A stretch of 64,000 bases of DNA from an uncultured delta proteobacterium. GTDB taxonomy: Bacteria; Desulfobacterota; Binatia; HRBIN30; BPIQ01. A program made the position numbers and the translations under genes. The stretch covers positions 160,001 to 224,000 of the forward strand of contig CAVXGR010000016.1 of assembly GCA_963761335.1 (NCBI GenBank), in the 5' to 3' direction. The notes below the pieces were generated by a model, which was not told the DNA's origin, ran no database searches, and worked only from the letters and a program-made list of their open reading frames with translations. Shown here piece by piece: positions 42,866-54,752 of the stretch (positions are counted from its first letter, which is position 1; every line of letters begins with the position of its first letter).

Positions 42866-43340
42866 CCGCAAGCCGATTACCATCCTGCTGGTCGAGGACG
42901 ATGACGGCCACGCGCGCCTGCTGGAGCGCAATCTGCGGCGCGGTGGGTTGGTGAATCGCCTGACGCGCGCCAGTGATGGTCAGGAGGCCATGGACTACCT
43001 GCAGCGGGTCGGCGCCTACGGCGACGGCGAAGCCTATCCGACGCCGAGCGTCATCTTCCTGGATGTGTCGATGCCGCGGCTCGACGGCTTCGAGGTCCTG
43101 GAGCGGGTGAAGGGCGATCCCCATCTGCAGACGATCCCGGTGATCATGGTGACCTCGACCGACAATCAGCGGGAGATCGATCGGGCCTATCAGCTCGGCG
43201 CCAACGGCTACGTGGTCAAGCCGGTGAACATGGACTCGTTCATCGACCGCGTCGTCAAGCTGGGCATGTTCGTCGAGCTCATCGAGCTCCCGGAAGCGAG
43301 TCGTGGCAATGGCGCAGCCGCTGGACATCCTGCTGGTTGA
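42855..43340 (+). CDS. Single-domain response regulator (Rcp1-like)
   Basis: ILLVEDD, FLDVSMP, IPVIMVTST, LGANGYVVKP. Confidence 0.92.
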   Translation: MTSDRKPITILLVEDDDGHARLLERNLRRGGLVNRLTRASDGQEAMDYLQRVGAYGDGEAYPTPSVIFLDVSMPRLDGFEVLERVKGDPHLQTIPVIMVTSTDNQREIDRAYQLGANGYVVKPVNMDSFIDRVVKLGMFVELIELPEASRGNGAAAGHPAG

Positions 43341-44763
43341 GGACGATCCCGGGCAGGCGCGCCTGGCGCAGAGGGCGCTGCGCCGGTCCGGCCTCGACTG
43401 CGAGTGGGTGGAGACGGCGGCCGCGTGCCGCGCGCGTGTCGGCGACACCAGCCCGTCCATCGTCCTGCTGGATCGCAACCTGCCCGACGGCGATGGCCTG
43501 GAGCTACTGCCCGAGCTGCGAGCGCGCCGCCCGGACCTCTGCGTGATCATGCTCACCGGTGCCGACGATCTCGGCGTCGCGGTGCGCGCCATGCGCTCCG
43601 GCGCCTCGGACTACCTGCTCAAGAGACCCGACCTCTCGCACCTGGACGACCTGCCCCTGGTCATCGAGAGGAACTTCGAACGGCTCAACCTGCGCCGCGA
43701 GCGCGAGGGGCTGTTCGCCGCCGTGCGCTCCTCCGAGGAGCGCTATCGCGAGCTCTTCGACAACGCCTCCGACCTGATCGTCGTCTGCGACGCCACCGGG
43801 ATGATCCAGACCGTCAACCGCGCCTTCGAGGAGATGACCGGTATGTCGCGCCGGGACGCCGAGGGGCGCAATCTGGGTCTTTTCTTCGCACCGTCCAGCC
43901 CGGTGCGGGCCGAGGCGGTGCGCGAGCGCACCCTGTCCGCCGGCCAGGCAGTGACCTTCGAGGTGCACCTGCGTCGCGGCGAGGAGCCGCCCGCGGTCGT
44001 CGAGCTGCGCAGTCGCCCGATCGTCGAAGACGGCTGTCTGCGCGGCTTTCAGGCGGTCGGGCGCGACATCAGCGAGAAGCGGCGCATGGAGGAGATGAAG
44101 GCCGATTTTCTCGCCATGATCACCCACGACATGAAGAACCCGGTGAGTGTGATCGTCGGCTATTCGGAGATCCTGCTGAACGACATCTGCCCGTCGAGCG
44201 GGTGCCGGGACATGCTGGTGAGCATCGACTCGAGCGCTCGCGGACTCCTACACCTCATCCTCAATTTCCTCGATCTTTCGCGCATCGAGGCCGGGGCGCT
44301 GCGTCTCAACCTGGTCCCCACCGTGCTCAACGACATTCTGCGCCAGGTGATCGATTACGAGACGCCTCTGGCGCGCGCCAAGAGGATCGACATCCGCGAG
44401 ACGTTTGAGCCGCTGCCGGCGGTCAACGGGGATCGCCTGCAGCTCGACCGGGTGTTCGTCAACCTCATCGGCAACGCCATCAAGTTCACCCCGGCGGGCG
44501 GACAGGTGGCGGTGCGCACGCACGCCATCAACGGCTCGGTATGGGTGGAGGTGAGCGACAACGGCCCGGGCATTCCCGCCAACCAGATCCCGCATCTCTT
44601 CGGCAAGTACCAGCGTCTGTCGCAGACGGCGCAGACCACCGACGGCACCGGCCTCGGCCTCTTCATCGCCAAGTCGATGATCGACGCCCATGGCGGCGTG
44701 GTGCGCGTCGAGAGCCAGCCGGGAGCCGGTGCCACCTTCGTGGTCGAGCTTCCGATTCTCTGA
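43309..44763 (+). CDS. Hybrid REC-PAS-histidine kinase
   Basis: N-terminal receiver, PAS (FDNASD...VNRAF...GRDI), ITHDMKNP, NAIKF, GTGLGL. Confidence 0.93.
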   Translation: MAQPLDILLVEDDPGQARLAQRALRRSGLDCEWVETAAACRARVGDTSPSIVLLDRNLPDGDGLELLPELRARRPDLCVIMLTGADDLGVAVRAMRSGASDYLLKRPDLSHLDDLPLVIERNFERLNLRREREGLFAAVRSSEERYRELFDNASDLIVVCDATGMIQTVNRAFEEMTGMSRRDAEGRNLGLFFAPSSPVRAEAVRERTLSAGQAVTFEVHLRRGEEPPAVVELRSRPIVEDGCLRGFQAVGRDISEKRRMEEMKADFLAMITHDMKNPVSVIVGYSEILLNDICPSSGCRDMLVSIDSSARGLLHLILNFLDLSRIEAGALRLNLVPTVLNDILRQVIDYETPLARAKRIDIRETFEPLPAVNGDRLQLDRVFVNLIGNAIKFTPAGGQVAVRTHAINGSVWVEVSDNGPGIPANQIPHLFGKYQRLSQTAQTTDGTGLGLFIAKSMIDAHGGVVRVESQPGAGATFVVELPIL

Positions 44764-44819
44764 GCCGCGGCGTATGCTGCGGGCGTGACGGAACGGCTCA
44801 GCAGGAGCTTCGCCCTCCC

Positions 44820-45296
44820 GTGAAGCGGCGCAGCCCCGTGCAGATTGCGGTGATTGGCGCAGGTGCGGCCGGGGAAGAGGGCTTGGCCTTGGCGGCCGAG
44901 GTGGGCGCGGAGCTGGCGCGGCGCGGTGCCGTCGTGGTCTGCGGCGGCCGCGGCGGCATCATGGAAGCGGTCGCCCGCGGCGCCTCGCAAGCCGGGGGCC
45001 TCAGTGTCGGCATCCTGCCGAGCTACGACTGGAGAGAGGCGAACCCGCACCTGAGCATCGTCCTTCCCACCGGCCTCGGCCAGGCGCGCAACGCCGTCGT
45101 GGTCGCCGCCGCGCATGCGGTGATCGCCTTCGCGGGCGAAGGGGGCACGATGTCCGAAGTCGGCCTGGCGCTGAAGCTGGGTCGCCCGGTGATCGGCCTG
45201 CGGGCCTGGGGACACGTGCACGGAGTGGTCGCCGTCGACGACCCGATCACCGCCGTGGAGGCGGCGCTCGCCTGTGCCGCCTCCTCCGCCGGCTGA
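44820..45296 (+). CDS. TIGR00725 / LOG-like (SLOG) protein
   Basis: IAVIG, CGGRGGIMEA, TGLGQARN, GGTMSE. Confidence 0.88.
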   Translation: MKRRSPVQIAVIGAGAAGEEGLALAAEVGAELARRGAVVVCGGRGGIMEAVARGASQAGGLSVGILPSYDWREANPHLSIVLPTGLGQARNAVVVAAAHAVIAFAGEGGTMSEVGLALKLGRPVIGLRAWGHVHGVVAVDDPITAVEAALACAASSAG

Positions 45297-45301
45297 GCCG
45301 C

Positions 45302-46039
45302 TCAGAGCTGGCGCGGCGTCGTGCCGCGCATCTCGCGCCGGCCCTTGCGCAGCACGGGGATGGCCATGATGCGCTCTTCCCCGAGGATCTCCCAGAGAAC
45401 GCCCCGCGGGCGCGGGTGCAGGCTGGGTGCGGCGATCACCTGCTCCGGAGTGACGAGGAAGTCGACCGGGGTGTCATGGCTGCGCATCGGGATGCGCTCC
45501 TCGATCAGCTGCAGCGGGTGAATGGTCGTGAGGATGGGCGTGTACTCGCGCACCTTGCCCTCCTTGCGCAGCAGAGCGTACTCGAGGTCGCCGTAGCCGC
45601 CGCCGCGGCCGACGCGGGCGCCCTGGCGGGTGACCGCCACCGAGCCCACGACGATCAGGTCGACGGGACGCATCTCCTGCGGCGCCACCACGCGTCCGTA
45701 GCGCATGGCCCCGCGGATGCTGCCGACGCGTTGCGCGCGCAGCGGGCCGAGCTTCTCCGGATCGAGCTCGATGAAGCACTTCTCCGCCTGCAGGCGCGGC
45801 ACGGCGAGGTAGACGATCTTTCCCTCGAGGAGCGCCGCTCGCCGTACCGGGAGCTGCGGCGCGTCCGAGCTGATCTTGATCGCCTTGGCGCGCTTCCAGA
45901 TGGTCAGCTCGCGCAGCAGGGCGGTGGCGCGCTGGCTGCCGACGAAATTCGGGACCCGTCCATCGGTTGCGGGAAAGCAGATGGCCGCGGACGTCTGCAT
46001 TCGCGACCAGACCCGATGCCGGATTTCGTCTTTCGTCAT
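45302..46039 (-). CDS. 5-formyltetrahydrofolate cyclo-ligase family protein (MTHFSD-like)
   Basis: GRVPNFVG, GSVAV...GARVGRGGGYGDLEY, HD.PVD. Confidence 0.88.
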   Translation of the reverse strand: MTKDEIRHRVWSRMQTSAAICFPATDGRVPNFVGSQRATALLRELTIWKRAKAIKISSDAPQLPVRRAALLEGKIVYLAVPRLQAEKCFIELDPEKLGPLRAQRVGSIRGAMRYGRVVAPQEMRPVDLIVVGSVAVTRQGARVGRGGGYGDLEYALLRKEGKVREYTPILTTIHPLQLIEERIPMRSHDTPVDFLVTPEQVIAAPSLHPRPRGVLWEILGEERIMAIPVLRKGRREMRGTTPRQL

Positions 46040-46141
46040 GGGAATCACCGCGTGAACATCAACGCACGCCGTGGATGTTTGGTCGGTACTACAACGTCGA
46101 ACCGGAAGTCAACGCGTTTCACTGGGCGCGCGCGCCGCCGT

Positions 46142-47014
46142 TCACGAAGGCGCGTCGGCGGCGGGATCGGCGGCGTCCGCTTCGGCGGCGTCGACGATGC
46201 GATGGGCGAAGACGATGAAGCCGGTGTGTCCGACCATGCGGTGCTCCGGGCGGATGCTCAGCTCCTTGACGTGCCAGAAGCGCACCCAGGTCTCCATCGC
46301 TTCGACGCGCGCGAAGCCGCCGTGCTGGCGCAGGCGGTCGACGAGCTGCTTTACTTGCAGCACCGTGGGTAGGTAGCCGACGAGAATGCCGCCGGGCCGC
46401 AGGCTGCGGGCCACCACCTCGAGCAGGCGCCACGGCTCGGCGATGTCGAGGAGAATGCGGTCGACGCCGGTCTCCGTGAAGCCGTCGAAGGCATCGGCGA
46501 GGTGCACCGTCCAGTTGGGGGCGGCGCCATGAAAGCGCTGGATGTTCTCCTGCGCCATGCGCACGAACTCCTCGCGCGCCTCGTAGGAGATCACCCGTCC
46601 ACCGCCGCCGACGGCGCGCAGCAGCGCCATGGTCAACGCCCCCGGTCCGCAGCCGACCTCGATGACCGTGGCCCCGGGATAGACGTCGCCCCACAGCAGG
46701 ATCGGGCCGATGTCCTTCGGGTAGATTACCTGGGCGCGCCGCGGCAGATTGGGTACCAGGTGCGCGAAGCTCGGCCGCAGCATGAGGTAGGGCTCGCCGG
46801 CGGTGTTGTGCACCAGCGAGCCCTCGAGCATACCGATCAGCTGGTCCGCCTGCATGGTGCCGTTGCGGAGGTGAACGCGGCCGCCCGGCTTGAGGGTGCG
46901 CAGGTACTCGCGATCCTTGCGATCGATGAACAGGATCGAGTCTCCGGCGCGCAGGCGTGCGGCCTCATTCGGATCGCTCCTTTCGGGTGGAGTGGAGAGC
47001 TCGGGGGCGTCCAT
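46142..47014 (-). CDS. trmI: tRNA (adenine-58-N1)-methyltransferase
   Basis: QVIYPKD, EVGCGPGALT, SYE, LDIAEPW, RPEHRMVGHTGF. Confidence 0.92.
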   Translation of the reverse strand: MDAPELSTPPERSDPNEAARLRAGDSILFIDRKDREYLRTLKPGGRVHLRNGTMQADQLIGMLEGSLVHNTAGEPYLMLRPSFAHLVPNLPRRAQVIYPKDIGPILLWGDVYPGATVIEVGCGPGALTMALLRAVGGGGRVISYEAREEFVRMAQENIQRFHGAAPNWTVHLADAFDGFTETGVDRILLDIAEPWRLLEVVARSLRPGGILVGYLPTVLQVKQLVDRLRQHGGFARVEAMETWVRFWHVKELSIRPEHRMVGHTGFIVFAHRIVDAAEADAADPAADAPS

Positions 47015-47060
47015 GATCGTCGGCAGAGATCTCGGCTGCAGGGAGGCGGTGCGCCGCGGC

Positions 47061-47975
47061 TCAACGAGCCGCGGCGGCGCGCCGCCGTTCGGCGCTGCCG
47101 AGGAGACCGCAGAAGGAGCACACGTCGCCGTAGGACGCCATGCCGCAGCGGCTACAGCTACCGCCCGGCGACTCCTCGAGCTTGGCGAAGGCCGGGCGGC
47201 CGGAGCGCAGGAACTCCTGCACGAAGGCCAGCTTGGTTCCCGGCGACGCGGCCTCCAGCCGATTGAGAACGTCTTTGTAGACCAGCTGCGTGGCCCCGAC
47301 GCTGTTGGGGCACTCCTCGACGATGTAGTCGATGCCGCGCAGGAAGGCGTAGACGGCGGTCTCGTACTCGGTCACCCGGAACAGCGGCTTGACCTTGCGG
47401 GCGAATTTCTCGTGGGTGGGCATCAGCACCGGTGCTTGCTTGCCGAGGTGACCGACCTGCCAGTGGAGAACGTTGCCGAGCAGTCGCGCCGCCTCGTCGT
47501 CGAGGTTGTGTCCGGTCGCCAGGACCGGGAACCCGTGATCGTTCGCCACCTTGTCGAAGTAATGGCGTTTGGCGGTGCCGCAGGCGGCGCAGGCCGGACG
47601 GCGGGTGGCGGCCGCCAGATCCGGAACCGCGGCGCCTTCCTCGGCGAGCGGCACGGTGATCAGGCGCAGCTCCCTCTGGCGGGCGAACTGCTCGGTCTTC
47701 TCGGTCGAGGCGCGCGAGTACTCGCCGATGCCCAGCGAGAGGTGCAAGCCGGTGGTGCGATAGCCGAGCCGCAGGAGCACGTCCCACAAGGCGAGGCTGT
47801 CTTTGCCGCCGGAGACCGCCACCAGGATCTCCTCCTCCTGGATGAACATGCGCTCCTTGTGCACGGAGCGCTCCACCTGTCTCTCGAAGAAGAGAAGGAA
47901 GCACGAGCGGCAGAAGTTCGAATGGTGATGCCGGAGCTGGACGATCGCCTTCTCGCGGCAGCGGGTGCACTTCAT
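47061..47975 (-). CDS. ttuA: tRNA 2-thiolation enzyme (TtuA/Ncs6 type)
   Basis: N- and C-terminal Zn fingers, SGGKDS PP-loop, CAAC, GHNLDD, ECP. Confidence 0.88.
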   Translation of the reverse strand: MKCTRCREKAIVQLRHHHSNFCRSCFLLFFERQVERSVHKERMFIQEEEILVAVSGGKDSLALWDVLLRLGYRTTGLHLSLGIGEYSRASTEKTEQFARQRELRLITVPLAEEGAAVPDLAAATRRPACAACGTAKRHYFDKVANDHGFPVLATGHNLDDEAARLLGNVLHWQVGHLGKQAPVLMPTHEKFARKVKPLFRVTEYETAVYAFLRGIDYIVEECPNSVGATQLVYKDVLNRLEAASPGTKLAFVQEFLRSGRPAFAKLEESPGGSCSRCGMASYGDVCSFCGLLGSAERRRAAAAR

Positions 47976-48009
47976 GGTTCTCAGGACTCGGCTGGCCTGG
48001 TGTGGGCGG

Positions 48010-48204
48010 CTAGCCTCCGGAGATGACGGAACGGATCTCGACGGAGTCGTCGGGCTCGAGGACGTCCTCCTCGCAGATGAGCTCGTCGTTGCGAATGACC
48101 ATCACGGTGCCGGAGAGCAGGCCCAGGCGGCGCAGGACAGTGCCGACGCGGTGGCGTCCGGCGATTTCGATTTCGCGGCGCTGCGGCAGAAAGGTGATGC
48201 GCAT
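48010..48204 (-). CDS. ttuB: Ubiquitin-like sulfur carrier (TtuB/ThiS/MoaD family)
   Basis: 64 aa ending VISGG, immediately upstream of ttuA. Confidence 0.85.
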   Translation of the reverse strand: MRITFLPQRREIEIAGRHRVGTVLRRLGLLSGTVMVIRNDELICEEDVLEPDDSVEIRSVISGG

Positions 48205-48211
48205 GCCGGCG

Positions 48212-48240
48212 ACCATAGGGAAAAGGGGATGGGGAGTCAA
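48212..48240 (-). promoter_or_regulatory. Sigma-70 promoter giving a probably leaderless ttuB transcript
   Basis: TTGACT-17 bp-TATGGT, with the ATG 7 nt after the -10 box and no SD. Confidence 0.65.
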
Positions 48241-48411
48241 CGCGCCTCGGTGCCCGGTCAGGGTCTCCGGGGGAGACTGCGCGCGGCCCTCCGCAGCCTC
48301 GCGGAGGGCGTACTAACCTACGGAGTTGGCGGCATTTTTCCCGCTGGCGGTTGATTTCCCCAGGGGTCTCGGTTACACGCACAACGACGCGACACAAGGG
48401 CTCCCCTCTCC

Positions 48412-49926
48412 GTGGACAACGATGCCTCAGATTTGATCGCGGCGCGCCGCCGCAAGCTGGAAGAGCTGCGCCATCGCGGCGTCGATCCGTACCCGAATCG
48501 CTTCCGCCCGTCGCATACGGCGCAGGAGGTGCTGGATCGGTACCAGAGCGTCTCGCGTGAGAGCCTCGAGAGCGGCGCCGACGTGGTTCGTCTGGCCGGG
48601 CGCGTCGTCGGCCTGCGCGACTTCGGACGTGCCAGCTTCCTGCACCTGCAGGACCGCAGCGGGCGTATCCAGGCCTACGTCAAACGCGACGCCGTCGGCG
48701 AGGAGGCTTTCGCGATCTTCAAGAGCGTCGACCTGGGCGACTTCCTTGGCATTGAAGGGCGGCCCTTTCGCACCAAGACGAACGAGTTGACGGTCGAGGT
48801 GCAACGGCTCGAGCTGCTCACCAAGTCTCTGCGGCCGCTGCCGGAGAAGTGGCACGGCTTGACCGATACCGAGGCGCGCTATCGCCAGCGCTACCTCGAC
48901 CTCGTCGCCAATGCCGAGGTTCGCCGCACCTTTCAGGTGCGCGCCCGCGTCCTCCAGGAGATTCGCTCGTTCTTCCTGCGGCAGGAGTACGTCGAGGTGG
49001 AGACGCCGACCATGCAGGTGATCGCCGGCGGCGCCGCGGCGCGGCCGTTCGTCACCCATCACAACGCGCTCGACATGGACCTCTACCTGCGCATCGCCCC
49101 GGAGCTGTACCTCAAGCGCCTGCTGGTGGGTGGTCTGGAGCGCGTCTTCGAGATTGCCCGCGTCTTCCGCAACGAGGGTGTCTCCACCCAGCACAATCCC
49201 GAATTCACCATGCTCGAGTTCTACCAGGCCTACGCCACCTACGAGGATATGATGCAGCTCACCGAGGAGCTGATCGTCCTGCTGGCGCGCCAGGTCGCCG
49301 GAGGGTTGCAGATCCCCTATGGCGGGCACACACTCGACTTCAGTCCGCCGTGGCGGCGGCTGTCGATTCCGGAGTATGTTGCCGAGCGCACCGGCCTGTC
49401 GCGCGACGCGGTCCTGGCCATGGACGTGCTCGCCCTGCGCCAGGCGGCCGAGACTGCCGGTATCCGCCTCACCAAGAGCTACGAGGAGCAGTACGGGGAG
49501 GAGGCCGGCGGCGTTCTTCTCACCGACCTGTTCGAGGCGCTGGCGGAGCCGGAGCTGATCCAACCGACCTTCGTCTACCAGTATCCGGTAGCCGTCTCGC
49601 CGCTCGCCCGGCGCAATGCCGAGCGCCCAGAGTTCGTCGACCGCTTCGAGCTCTTCATCGCCGGCCGCGAGATCGCCAACGCCTTCTCCGAGCTCAACGA
49701 TCCGGACGACCAGCGGCGCCGCTTCGAGGAGCAGCTGCGCGCCCGCGCCGCCGGCGACGTCGAGGCCCATGCCATGGACGAGGACTACGTCCGCGCCCTC
49801 GAGCACGGCATGCCGCCGGCGGCCGGCGAGGGCATCGGCATCGACCGGCTGGTGATGCTGCTGACCAACTCCCCCTCCATTCGCGACGTGATCCTGTTTC
49901 CGCACCTGCGTCCGGAGCAGCGCTGA
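48412..49926 (+). CDS. lysS: Lysine-tRNA ligase (class II)
   Basis: [47 protein letters not shown]. Confidence 0.98.
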   Translation: MDNDASDLIAARRRKLEELRHRGVDPYPNRFRPSHTAQEVLDRYQSVSRESLESGADVVRLAGRVVGLRDFGRASFLHLQDRSGRIQAYVKRDAVGEEAFAIFKSVDLGDFLGIEGRPFRTKTNELTVEVQRLELLTKSLRPLPEKWHGLTDTEARYRQRYLDLVANAEVRRTFQVRARVLQEIRSFFLRQEYVEVETPTMQVIAGGAAARPFVTHHNALDMDLYLRIAPELYLKRLLVGGLERVFEIARVFRNEGVSTQHNPEFTMLEFYQAYATYEDMMQLTEELIVLLARQVAGGLQIPYGGHTLDFSPPWRRLSIPEYVAERTGLSRDAVLAMDVLALRQAAETAGIRLTKSYEEQYGEEAGGVLLTDLFEALAEPELIQPTFVYQYPVAVSPLARRNAERPEFVDRFELFIAGREIANAFSELNDPDDQRRRFEEQLRARAAGDVEAHAMDEDYVRALEHGMPPAAGEGIGIDRLVMLLTNSPSIRDVILFPHLRPEQR

Positions 49927-49949
49927 GCCGTGGACTAGCGGAACGGCGA

Positions 49950-51198
<1,249 letters not shown>

Positions 51199-51206
<8 letters not shown>

Positions 51207-51870
51207 GCCGCTGATCGCAGCGGTCGATCTGAGCAAGGTCTATGCAGACGGCGACCGCGTCGAAGTTCTCGATCACCTCGATCTGTCAGTCGAGGCAGGC
51301 GAAAAGGTGGCCATCGTGGGGGAGTCGGGAGTGGGCAAGAGCACGTTGCTGCATCTGCTCGGGGCGCTGGACTATCCCACGGGAGGTCGCGTGCTGTTCG
51401 GCGGTGCCGACATCTTCGCCCTGGACGAGAAGCATCAGGCCGCCTTTCGCAACACCGAGATCGGCTTCGTCTTCCAGCTTCACCACCTTCTCCCGGACTT
51501 CTCCGCCCTGGAGAACGTCATGATGCCGGCTCTGGTGGCGCGCTGGGCGTGGGACAAGGCCGAGCGGCAGGCGCGCCGGGTGCTGGAGAGGGTCGGGCTC
51601 GGGCACCGATTGGAGCACCGCCCCGGCGAGCTCTCCGGCGGCGAGCAGCAGCGGGTTGCAGTGGCGCGAGCCGTAGTGCTATCCCCGCGCGCGATTCTGG
51701 CAGATGAGCCCACCGGCAATCTCGATCCGGTGACGGGGGAGGGCGTGCATCAGCTGCTGATCGAGCTGAACCGAGAGCACGGCATTACACTGGTGATCGT
51801 AACCCACAACGAACGTCTGGCAGCGCAGATGGACCGATCGCTGCATCTGGTGGCGGGGAAGGTGCGTTGA
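51199..51870 (+). CDS. lolD: Lipoprotein-releasing ABC transporter ATPase
   Basis: [34 protein letters not shown]. Confidence 0.93.
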
Positions 51871-51871
51871 G

Positions 51872-54208
51872 GTGAAGGCGGGGGGGGCAAAGGGGGGGCT
51901 CGTCGTGCTGCTGTTGCTGGCGGTACTGGCGGGCGCGGCTCTGGCACAGGAAGACGTGCGCCTCGACCGCGTCGAGATCAAGGGAAACCAACGCGTCGAG
52001 CAGGAAGCCATTCGCGTGCACCTGCGCGCGCAGCCGGGAGTGCCCTACGACGAGGCGGTGGTCGACAGCGATATCCGCGCCCTCTACCAGATGGGCTTCT
52101 TCGACGACGTCTCCGCCGACCTCTCCCAGGAGAACGGCCAGTGGGTGCTGACCTACACCGTCTCCGAGCGCCCGCTGATTCGCGAGGTGAAGCTCGAGGG
52201 CAACGAGGCCCTCAGCCGCGACGAGCTCGATGCGGCGCTGAAGATGCGCCCGAACACCATTCTCGACCCCGAGAAGATTCGGCGCGGCATCGACGAGGCC
52301 CAGAAGCTCTATCAAAAGAAAGCCTATCTCGACGCCAAGATCACCTACGAGACCAAGCCTCTCGGCGAAAACGAGATTGCCCTCACCTACAAGGTCGACG
52401 AGGGCAATCGCGTGCGCATCCACGAGATCAAGTTCGAGGGCGCGCATCATCTGGAGCCGAGCAAGCTCCGCCGCGTCATGCAGACCAAGCAGCAGTGGCT
52501 CTTCTCGTTCATCACCGGCGCCGGCAACCTCGACCGCGAGGTGCTCAAGTCCGACATCGAGCGCCTGACGGCGTACTACTACGACAACGGCTACATCGAC
52601 GTGAAAATCGACGAGCCGGTGATCGAGCGCACCGACGACGGCCTGGTGATCACCATCAAGCTCGACGAGGGTGCGGTCTACACGGTCGGCGACGTGAAGG
52701 TCGCCGGCGATCTTCTCCCCGACAACGACGAGCTGCTGAAGGACATCCACATGAAGTCGGGGGAGACCTTCCGCGCCGGCCAGCTGCGCGAGGACATCTC
52801 CTATCTCACCGAGGAGTATGGCGATCGCGGCTACGCCTTCGTCAACGTCACTCCCGACACCGCCGTCAACCCCACCACGCGCACCGTGGACGTCACCTAC
52901 CAGGTCGGCAAGGGGCCGGAGGTGTCGTTCAACCGCATCGAGATCACCGGCAACACCAAGACGCGCGACAAGGTGATCCGCCGCGAGCTGCGGGTCCAGG
53001 AGCAGCAGCGCTTCTCGGGCTCGGCGTTGCGGAAGAGCCAGGAGCGGCTGCGCCGGCTGGGCTTCTTCGAGGACGTCAACCTGACGACGCGCAAGGCCGA
53101 GGCGGAGGACAAGCTCAACCTGATCGTCGACGTCAAGGAGGCCCCGACCGGATCCTTCGCTGCCGGCGCCGGCATCAGCTCCGGCGAGTCGTTCCTCTTC
53201 AACGTGCGTCTGGCGGAGATCAACCTCTTCGGTCGCGGCCAGCGCCTGGTGCTCAACGCCGACATCGGCTCCATTCGCCGCAACTTCTCCCTGAGCTTCA
53301 CCGAGCCCTACTTCCGCGACTCCGAGCTCACCCTCGGCGTCGAGGCGTTCAACTGGCAGCTGCAGTTCAACGAGTTCACCCGCGGCGGCACCGGCGGCGC
53401 CATCCGCGCGCTCTATCCGCTGCCGGCGCTCGGCTACAAGTCGTTCTTCGGCTTCTCGCTCGAGGACACCCGCGTCGGTCTCGAGTACCGCATCGAGCAG
53501 GCCGAGATCTCCGACGTGAGCCCGACGGCGGCGACCGTGATTCGCGCCGAGCAGGGCTCGGAGCTCACCAGCAGCGTCACGCCGCGACTGTTCCGCGACA
53601 CCCGCAACCACCCCTTCGATCCCACCGCCGGCTCGCTGCAGGATCTCTCGGTCGAGATCGCCGGACTCGGCGGCACCAGCCACTTCTACAAGGCCGAGGC
53701 GCGCGGGCGCTGGTACGTGCCCGTCTACAAGAGCCCCTCGCTCGGACAGTTCGTCTTCTCGCAGGGGCTGCAGATCGGCTACGGCGAATCCTACAGCGGT
53801 CCCAGCAGCGAGCTGCCGCTGTTCGAACGCTACTTCCCGGGCGGCATCAACTCGATCCGCGGCTATGAGGTACGCACCCTCGGGCCGCGCGTCCCGGTCT
53901 TCGACGACCGGGGGCGCCTGCTGCGGCTGGATGCCATCGGCGGCAGTCAGCAGTTCATCTCCAACACCGAGATCATCTTCCCGATCGTCGAGTCGCTCGG
54001 CCTCCGCGGTGTCCTCTTCTTCGACGCCGGCGACGCCTTCACGGCGGCGCGGGGAATCGACTTCACCGATTTGCGTTTGGCCTACGGTGCTGGCATCCGT
54101 TGGTTGTCGCCGATCGGGCCGCTGCGAATCGAGGTCGGATTCCCGGTGAACCGGCGCGTCGACGATTCGGCGCAGGCCGTGAGCTTCTCGTTCGGCGGCC
54201 CGCAGTAG
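51872..54208 (+). CDS. bamA: Outer membrane protein assembly factor
   Basis: POTRA repeats, GNTKTRDKVIRRE, IRGY motif, WLSPIGPL. Confidence 0.96.
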   Translation: MKAGGAKGGLVVLLLLAVLAGAALAQEDVRLDRVEIKGNQRVEQEAIRVHLRAQPGVPYDEAVVDSDIRALYQMGFFDDVSADLSQENGQWVLTYTVSERPLIREVKLEGNEALSRDELDAALKMRPNTILDPEKIRRGIDEAQKLYQKKAYLDAKITYETKPLGENEIALTYKVDEGNRVRIHEIKFEGAHHLEPSKLRRVMQTKQQWLFSFITGAGNLDREVLKSDIERLTAYYYDNGYIDVKIDEPVIERTDDGLVITIKLDEGAVYTVGDVKVAGDLLPDNDELLKDIHMKSGETFRAGQLREDISYLTEEYGDRGYAFVNVTPDTAVNPTTRTVDVTYQVGKGPEVSFNRIEITGNTKTRDKVIRRELRVQEQQRFSGSALRKSQERLRRLGFFEDVNLTTRKAEAEDKLNLIVDVKEAPTGSFAAGAGISSGESFLFNVRLAEINLFGRGQRLVLNADIGSIRRNFSLSFTEPYFRDSELTLGVEAFNWQLQFNEFTRGGTGGAIRALYPLPALGYKSFFGFSLEDTRVGLEYRIEQAEISDVSPTAATVIRAEQGSELTSSVTPRLFRDTRNHPFDPTAGSLQDLSVEIAGLGGTSHFYKAEARGRWYVPVYKSPSLGQFVFSQGLQIGYGESYSGPSSELPLFERYFPGGINSIRGYEVRTLGPRVPVFDDRGRLLRLDAIGGSQQFISNTEIIFPIVESLGLRGVLFFDAGDAFTAARGIDFTDLRLAYGAGIRWLSPIGPLRIEVGFPVNRRVDDSAQAVSFSFGGPQ

Positions 54209-54224
54209 GATTTGGAGGGATTTC

Positions 54225-54737
54225 ATGAAAACACTGGTCGCGCTGCTCGCCACACTTCTGCTCGTCGGAGTGGCTTCGGCGCAGGACGTCAAGATCGGCT
54301 TCGTCGACCTGCAGCGGGCTCTCAACGAGTCCGATGCCGGCGCCCGCGCCAAGGCAGAGTTCAAGGTCCAGATGGACAAGCTCAAGAGCGACCTGAAGAA
54401 GCAGCAGGACGACATCGAGGCGCTCAAGGACCGGCTGGAGAAGAAGGCGATGGTCCTCAAAGAGGAGGAGCGCCGCCGGCTCGAGACGGACCTGCAGAAG
54501 AAGATGCGCGACTTCGACCGCGCCTACAAAGACTCGCAAGCAGAGCTGCAGAGCAAGGACAACGAGCTCACCGCCAATATCCTGCGCGATCTGCAGGAGC
54601 TGATCCAGGAGATCGGCGAGCGGGAGGGCTTCCTGACCATCCTCGAGGCCTCGAGCAACCCGGTGCTCTACAGCGCCAAGTCGGCGGATCTCACCGATCG
54701 CATCATCCAGCTCTACAACCAGAAGAACAAGCACTAG
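54225..54737 (+). CDS. skp: Periplasmic chaperone OmpH/Skp
   Basis: Signal peptide, KIGFVD, coiled coil, DLT; follows bamA. Confidence 0.93.
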   Translation: MKTLVALLATLLLVGVASAQDVKIGFVDLQRALNESDAGARAKAEFKVQMDKLKSDLKKQQDDIEALKDRLEKKAMVLKEEERRRLETDLQKKMRDFDRAYKDSQAELQSKDNELTANILRDLQELIQEIGEREGFLTILEASSNPVLYSAKSADLTDRIIQLYNQKNKH

Positions 54738-54752
54738 AGGGGCCGCGGTCCC

